NCBI GenBank assembly: GCA_030141605.1
Contig: JAQGDQ010000024.1
Location: forward strand, 62,001-126,000
Origin: Tubiluchus corallicola
Taxonomy: Eukaryota > Animalia > Priapulida
Reading direction: 5' to 3'
DNA: 64,000 bases
In this document: positions 57,301 to 64,000 of the stretch, one piece after another
Layout of the letters: every line of letters starts with the position of its first letter
Position numbering within the stretch: the first letter of the stretch is position 1
Position numbers and translations under genes: made by a program
The notes under the pieces: generated by a model
What the model was told of the DNA's origin: nothing
The model's database searches: none
The model's input: the letters and a program-made list of their open reading frames with translations, nothing else

Positions 57301-60300
57301 CTGCTCAGCTTTTTCTGCTTTCTGTTGTAATTCCTCTTCAGTGACAGGTGCGTGCCTTGACCATAAGTACCTTGCTAAACTGGCTGCCTCTCTTTGTAAA
57401 CTAGAACCACCATGCTCTGAAAATTACAAGCATACAGTAAGTAAAAAAGCTACAGGCAGTATCACAAATGAAATTTTAAAAGTTGTATGGAAGTAATTTA
57501 TAATTTCAGAAAACAAATTTATCTAACACAGTTCTTGGTAGATTATGTTATTAAGTTTGCTAGTCTAATCTTGAAAAAATATAAACAATAGACCTTTTCT
57601 ATGAGCCTGTGCACAACTTTTGCAAATGCAGCACTGGCCCAGTCTCGGATCAGCTTGTAGAACCTGAACAGTGTGTTTGCATTGTTTGTACAGTCCAACT
57701 TGTCGTAAAAGACTGACAATTTTGAAGAATACAAGTAACTTGTAGAAATAAACTTCTTGATTTCTTATAACCTTATGAAACTAATAATGTTAACAAAAAA
57801 TAAATTTGACTGTGCTTTAGGTTTCTGAAAACATTCAAATTCACCGCAGGTGAATTTCGTGCATTCTATCAAATGTCGCTGAGGTACAAATCAACTTGTC
57901 AGAGAAAGGGCTTATGTTAAGATGTTTAAGTAACTCCAATTTATGAAATTAGTTTCAAACAGATACGAGAAAGTAATACTTGCAATTCTTTCAGTGGCAT
58001 ATCTACTATACAGCAAAACCCGGTAGTGTGGAAGGGTTCCGCTGGAAGAGCCCTTTTTGGGTCTAAACCCAGAAAGCTTTTCTGCAATTTGAAGAATGCA
58101 ATCAGGCGTGTCTAAAATTTAACCGATACAAATCACCTACATGCACAAAACAGAGTAAGTAATATTTTATAATAGCATGATAACCCACCTAAACATGAAT
58201 ATGCTCTTGAGTTTTTATGCGGCGAGCAGTGTTTCTGACTGTTTCAAGTTCAGTAGGGACAATTCTAGACAATAGATGGGGTGGCTGAGTAACATAGTTT
58301 CATGACATAGTTATCTCAGACCTGTGCGACTGGTGGTAACAATAGTGAACAATAGACCTCAAGGGATTATATACTCACTTGCAGCAACAATCTTGCAAGC
58401 ATTTTCAAGTTGTTCAGGAAGATTTACCCTTTTTTGGGAAAACTGCCCAGAATGTTTTTTCAGAAATCCTTTTGCGCTGTACTCAATTTCAGCCATTTCA
58501 TGCATCTCCACAACAAATTTCTGTGCAGATAATGTAGATGCAGCCTAAAAAAATGATGTGCAGTTAAAAAATTTCGTCAAGTAAAAATACGAAAGAATAT
58601 TAACATTTTAAAACTAATAATTGGCTGGAGTTTCAGAACTACGGCAATAAAATTTGTAGGCTCAAACAATGTTCAAACAGTTTTAGCCAGTCCTAATTTA
58701 GAAGATATTTTCCTTGATTCTGAGAAGAGAGCATCTGTTATTCTGAAAAGCAATATTGATTTTGCAAAATATTAGAGCCTACACGTTTGGCCGTTCTATT
58801 GAAATAAATGGAAAATTTATTTACTCATTTTAACTAAATGCCAATTGTACTAAAGCCTTAATGGCAATTTAGACCAAAATTTGCTGCTCTCTGAATTGAA
58901 TTGCACAGTGCTGGAACTTTAGCTTTTGCAATACATGTGAAAAAATCAAACTGTTAGAAAGTGCAATATCTACTACTGTGTTTACTTGTCTTGTGGGAAG
59001 CTAACTTTTATAATTTAATATAATTCTACCTGCCTAATGTCTGTAACAGCCGTAATCTAAATGCTATAATTATGTTGGAATAAACAATAAAACATGATTT
59101 AGTTTTTGAATGGGCAGATGATGCTGATGTTTTACGCATTTGTCATCCACATACTCAAGATGACGTCAATGCTAGCTGTGAACATTAACCATTAATAATT
59201 ACCTTAAATTTGAAATGCACGTAATTAAAAATAGAGCACAATAACCAAATAAGTAAATTAAAATAGTATCGCGCTAGTTTGCAAATAAACAGAAAAACAG
59301 AAACTTGCAAATATTGCCAAAATGGATCCAAAGTCTTTTTACAAATACGTAACTCTAAGCAAATGGTTAAAGACACTATTGGGACTATTAAGAAGTACGA
59401 TAGTAAAGTGTTGTCTATTACTTGAGTATGAATTTAGTATTATTGTAAAGGAAGCCTATGTATACCATAATGTTCAAGTTTAGATATCAATACTGAACTA
59501 CTGGTGGCACCTCACCACCCGGGGGTGGTTCAGGGCTGCAGGTACAGAGGCGGAGCAGCCTAATAATGATTTCCACATAACCACAATTAAACAAAGCTGA
59601 ATTATATTATGCTGGAAAGAGATTTAAATATTACAAGGCCTAAACTAACTATGACAAGATTTTAAACAAATTAAAGAAAAACAAAACAAAGAAATAAAGT
59701 GGAGAGACTGATACCTAACTTGCCATATAGCGGGTAGTAGGAGAGCTCTAAGTCTGATGGAAGAAACACAAAGACAAGAACCACACATTCTGCACGACCC
59801 GATTACCACTGTAGCTCCAAAGTACAGCAGATTTTTACCCTCCCATTATAACCTTCCCCAAACTAGTGTACATGTCAGAAATAGAGCCAAAATGAAACCT
59901 GACTGGTTGAAAGCAAAAAGGGGTGAAGATTTAGTCAATAAGAACCGAAATATTTGTAGAAGAATAATTTAGAAGACTTAGGTTTGAACTACTGGTACTT
60001 TGGGGTGACATGCAACACTAGTTTGGTAACCATGCCATACTTTGGAATAAAGGTAGAGGTTGTGCAGAGTGGGCGGCCTAAGTGTCTGTGCTACAATATG
60101 TTATGATGCACAGTGTCGAAGGCTTTTGCCAAGTCTCGAAAAATTCCACATGTGATAAGTTTATTGTCTAAATTTGTTAGTAATCTGTCCACGATTTCAG
60201 CAGTTGCTAATGCTGTTGAGTGATTTTACTGAAAGCCAAATTGGTACTTACTAAGGATATTATTGTTAGGATATTAGGAATTTGATCAATCTATCATAGA

Positions 60301-60935
60301 GCAGTGATTCAAAAACTTTTGGCAGCGGTGAGAGGATCGAAATTGGTCTGTAAATGGATGGGTTATTGTTATCATCACATTTATAGATGGGTATGAGTTT
60401 GGCCGTTTCTTAGACACGCTGCTGATTATATAGGTTAATGCAATTGCACAGTCAGCAGTTACTGAGCATGCCCAAAGAGGAGCTGATCATCATCACTCAA
60501 GACCCTGTGTAGGTGCTGCTAATGGCACAATGAGTAGTGGAGGGCCATTACAAAGTTTTTCACGGAAAGAATGGTTAAAGAGTGGAATTTACTCACGTCT
60601 GATATTGCTAAAGCTTCTTCGGTGAATAACTTCAAAAACAAGATGGATGGATATTTACATACGAAATACGAGGTTACAACGAGCCTGCTCCGTTAACCTC
60701 TACCACTCTTAATAATATATTAATAGTCTTATATTTTAAGAGTGGCAATAGGTATTGTATAGATGAGCAATTTTGTCATCAACCTACTTTTAGTTAGAAT
60801 TTACAACACCAGTACAAAAGAAAGCCTTACCATTACATTACAGTGAACAACGCAAGGGCAGCGAAGATGTTGCAACATGCTGCAAAAACATTTAGTTTTC
60901 ATTGAAAAATAAAACACTTTCATGGGCGCTGACAT
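48345..60935 (-). CDS. METTL17: METTL17/Rsm22 mitoribosome assembly factor (533 aa). Exons 60935-60831, 58544-58379, 57416-57285, 56731-56617, 56458-56303, 55253-55085, 53868-53761, 52370-52302, 51615-51571, 50064-49972, 49133-48943, 48597-48345
   Basis: Phase-consistent GT-AG exons (1602 nt): YLWSRHAPV, VYHWEP, LLDFGSGLGS (SAM motif I), LVVSAFTLIELP, LVLVENGTKAG, HVFAPCPHNKVCP..PCNF, WPRFVRP..RHVHC, SHWGDLLP. Exon 1 is inferred from phase and ATG only. Confidence 0.92.
50219..51235 (-). mobile_element. Deleted pogo/Tigger-like DNA transposon in METTL17 intron 9
   Basis: TIRs CAGTAGGC(A/G)CCG(C/T)TTAATAGACTCAC, TA TSD on both sides, subterminal TTGAGTCA(A/G)TTA repeats, and a minus-strand remnant MKQLTLKEFY (50550-50521). 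Confidence 0.88.
54327..54962. mobile_element. Tc1/mariner-superfamily (Tc2/pogo-like) MITE in METTL17 intron 6
   Basis: Perfect 27-bp TIRs CCGTATTTTCCCATGTATAAGAGACCC, TA TSDs and internal GGGTCTCTTATACA repeats. Confidence 0.92.
55550..55830. repeat. Degenerate trinucleotide (CAT/CAA/CAG) low-complexity tract
   Basis: Visible simple repeat; explains the spurious ORFs 55667-55852 and 55691-55918. Confidence 0.8.
60095..60410 (-). mobile_element. LINE reverse transcriptase fragment (CR1/L2 group) in METTL17 intron 1
   Basis: AKLIPIYK..YRPISILSPLPKVFE..YQFGFQ*NHST..GIFRDLAKAFDTVHH, with stops. Confidence 0.9.
60550..60720 (+). mobile_element. CR1 LINE 3' end fragment
   Basis: KFFTERMVKEWNLL..ASSVNNFKNKMD translation plus a short 3' UTR. 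Confidence 0.7.
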
Positions 60936-61295
60936 GATGGGTTTTTGTTTTTATATTTGGTCTGCAGAGGGCACTGTACTATCAACTACTATGGCGGCTC
61001 ACGTAAAACATGTGGCAGCCTCATGAGTAAATCATTCAGAGGAATGAACAAAAATTAAAGTTTTTACTATTTAGCAGATTTCCTCTTCTGTATAAATAAT
61101 CATGGTTGATGCTTCTTTAAAAATGATTACATGCACTGCCCCTATAAATATAGCCTTACTAAAGTACTGTAAGTGACTATGTACATGTACTAAATTACTG
61201 TTTTTAGTGTGATGTATGCAAAATTCATAGTAATTATATTTATAGGCCTACAGTATACTGCTATTAGTTACGTAGTATAACAATTATGAGTTATA

Positions 61296-61323
61296 GTATA
61301 TATGTGTGTGTGTGTGTGTGTGT
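61296..61323. repeat. (TA)n(TG)n microsatellite
   Basis: Direct inspection; a (CA)n tract also lies at ~62028-62070. Confidence 0.85.
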
Positions 61324-63460
61324 TGTATTTGTTGTTGAACAGGCTTAGAGGTGAAGAATCCAGATCTGCCAACCCTTTAATGTAAAAATGAGTGTGAAAC
61401 ATAGAGAGCTCTGGTCTGGCCGGTACTAATTATGCCCAGGGTCGGCTATGGGTGGTGTAACGCCCTTGGCAACAGTATTTTTAGTGCCCCCTCCTCAACG
61501 GTCAACTTCTTCCCTCACTGTCCCACCACGTTCCCAATTTTTCTTGCATAATATTACGTAAAGTATAATGGTATTTGTGTGTTAAGCTTGTGCATGTATT
61601 ATAGTGTACTAATTAACTATAGTTAATTGCCTTTCTACAGCTTGTGCTGCTTGAGTTTGAAATTGGATTTATGACATCATTGTACACTATGTGACTCGCC
61701 AGCTTTTTTACCTTTCGTTTCCTGTATTCCATCTTGAAGACTTTGATTCTTATAGGTTTATCTACCATAGTTAGGTAAATGTTATTGTAAAACTTTTATT
61801 AACAGAAGGTTCATTCTATAAGCACTTATACAGAAATTGAGTAAATAAAGGCAATACGTCAGTATTGTTTTTGCATGAAATGATGTAATCTTAGGAAACA
61901 ATATAAAGCAAAAATAGGAAATATTTTGCTAGACACTTGTTTGCATCAATGAATCATAATTTTGACAGGAAAGTAATGCAACTTATTTTCGTTCCATTTA
62001 ATTAGTGTTGTACACTTATTAAGGAATTACACGCACGCACATACACACACACACACACAAGCACGCACACAGTATGCTGTTACTTCCACATTTTAATTAT
62101 TTGCTGTAATTTTTTTTTTCAAGGGGAAAGTGAGATTCTCAGCTCCACCTAGAAAATGATAATTATTAAGTAATAGTTTTTAAACGAAAATTTAAATGAC
62201 AATTATTCTGTATTGTGATCTGCAATTATCTTTGAAGGGGGGAAACGAGATGCTGAACTCAATTTACCTGCCAATGATTCGATCAGTGTCACTCTCTGCC
62301 AAGACCAGGTACCAAAGAATATACAGTAGTTAATATTATAATTTTCTTGGTTTTTATGGCTTTGAAAAATGCAGATGTAATATATGCTTTTTGGGAGATG
62401 CATCTATAGACATAGTAAAATGTAATAAGTAATTGAGAATTACACATAGAAGCAGCTCTGGAAAAACCTAAAACGTGTCTCTTTGTTAATGAAATATCCA
62501 TGTCTGTAAATTTGTTCATCTTTCTTTGTTTTATTGACATTGAAACTAGTTCATACATTAAAATTTTCTATTAAATTTAAATGTACCTGTGGTACATAGC
62601 CTTCTGTGTTGTGATGGCCTAGCTGTTCTTTTGCTTAGAGTTTGAAATGAGAATTTGATTGTTTAAATGTTTTTCGATCATTGTCCTAGCTATGCACAAA
62701 GACCACTGTTGCGCTGAGCCGAAATTTTGTTGCTGACCGTATGTGGTTAAATGGAACTGAAGTATCAACACAAAATTCGAGGCTACAAAGCTGTCTAAAA
62801 GAAAGTAATTTCTATAATTTTTTAATACGTTTTTATCATTTATATTTTTAGTGGTCTAAAAGTCTTATTAATCTAAGGTTAGATCCGTGAAAGACTTAAA
62901 AACTTGAAATTTCACACCTCTCATTATAAAGGACTGAAAGTTGTGAGACAGAACTTTGGAGGAAAAATATCTGTGAAAATTATTAGTTATACAATATACA
63001 CATTGTACCTTGCAAAGAATACTTACGAAAATTATTGTTGGCTGGATCAAGTGCATTGGCAAGAGCTAGTGCATTTGATAAAATAATGTAGACTCAAATT
63101 AAGATCTGCCATGGTAGAAAACCTGTTTAAAGATTGAAGTCACTGATTTTGCATTAAATTCCCCAGAAATAAGTCTACTGGCTTATAAAGAAACACATAA
63201 ATTTTTCAATATTGTCCTACGCTATGGTAGTTGGAGCAGAAAAATGTGCTTACTTCAGTTCACTGAGTACATGAATTAGATTTAAATGAAGGGGCCATCT
63301 TTTGAGGTCCATGTAAGAAAAAATAGACAAGGGTTACCTTGATTTACCAATACATTGTTTTTCATTTTATATATGCATATTTGCGGAGTTGTATAACAAA
63401 TTGATTATTTAATAATAAGCTTTTTCACAGTTTCGTTGCGCGCTCGTGCAGCTGGTGTAG

Positions 63461-63762
63461 GTCAAAGGTTAAGTGTACCACGGCAACGCATCTTAACTAC
63501 AACCGTCACATGACATGTGGGTAAAGCAAAGATGTCGGCAGCTTCAGTTCAGTAGCTTCAGTTGTTTTACATAGACTTTATTTAATTATACGTTAATCTG
63601 TGCATAGAGTGATCTGCTAGTAGGATCTTGCTTGGGAACAAGAAAAAATGAACTAGGTAGGGTTCTACCTAGCTGTTAAAATTGTTACTATTACAGTAGC
63701 ATGGGCTGTGGAGCATTGACAAGTGCTCACAAATGCGTTGTCTGGTACACTTAACCTTTGAC
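63461..63762. mobile_element. MITE-like element with ~30-bp inverted repeats
   Basis: GTCAAAGGTTAAGTGTACCACGGCAACGCAT versus ATGCGTTGTCTGGTACACTTAACCTTTGAC. No clear TSD identified. Confidence 0.65.
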
Positions 63763-64000
63763 AGTTCACGATCATCATCAATCGCTGGAACCGTGAAAAC
63801 GCTTATTGTTGACTAATTTGTTATTCAGGAACATCATTGAGCTAATATATTGACCCGAATAATTAGACGTCCGAGTATTTTAGTAGTGGACATTGAATGA
63901 TATTTCATTTGTTTTAGTTCGAAGAAGGTCACGAAAACGAGGAGCATCAGAAAAATGTGGTACAAATGAGACAAACATGTCTGAGCATGTTCACATTTGC

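Noticed and set aside
60961-60976. CTCF-like motif TCTGCAGAGGGCACTG near the METTL17 start
   Set aside because: Single imperfect motif with no supporting evidence.

Overview
AT-rich, intron-rich animal (probably invertebrate) genomic DNA. Left to right it contains: (1) a single-exon, probably GPI-anchored chaoptin-like LRR gene (+); (2) the first four exons of EPG5 (-), after which no intact continuation is visible; (3) head-to-head with EPG5, an internally deleted tandem paralogue of ACSF2; (4) a complete 16-exon ACSF2 gene with two duplicated 149-nt exons (9a/9b) that can only be used one at a time and encode part of the acyl-binding pocket; (5) a U2 snRNA gene (-) with a Staf/ZNF143-like distal element; (6) an intronless ILF2/NF45 CDS whose 3' part is tandemly duplicated (~1.88 kb), creating a chimeric truncated ORF; (7) a 12-exon METTL17 gene (-). 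Introns carry LINE fragments, Tc1/pogo- and hAT-type non-autonomous elements, and a ~415-bp foldback built from two divergent tRNA-like units. Gene models were assembled by hand from GT-AG sites, phase and recalled protein similarity; no database search was run. Best candidate for a new system: splice switching of ACSF2 substrate-pocket residues, next to a paralogue deleted in frame from the start codon to the end of exon 9b.
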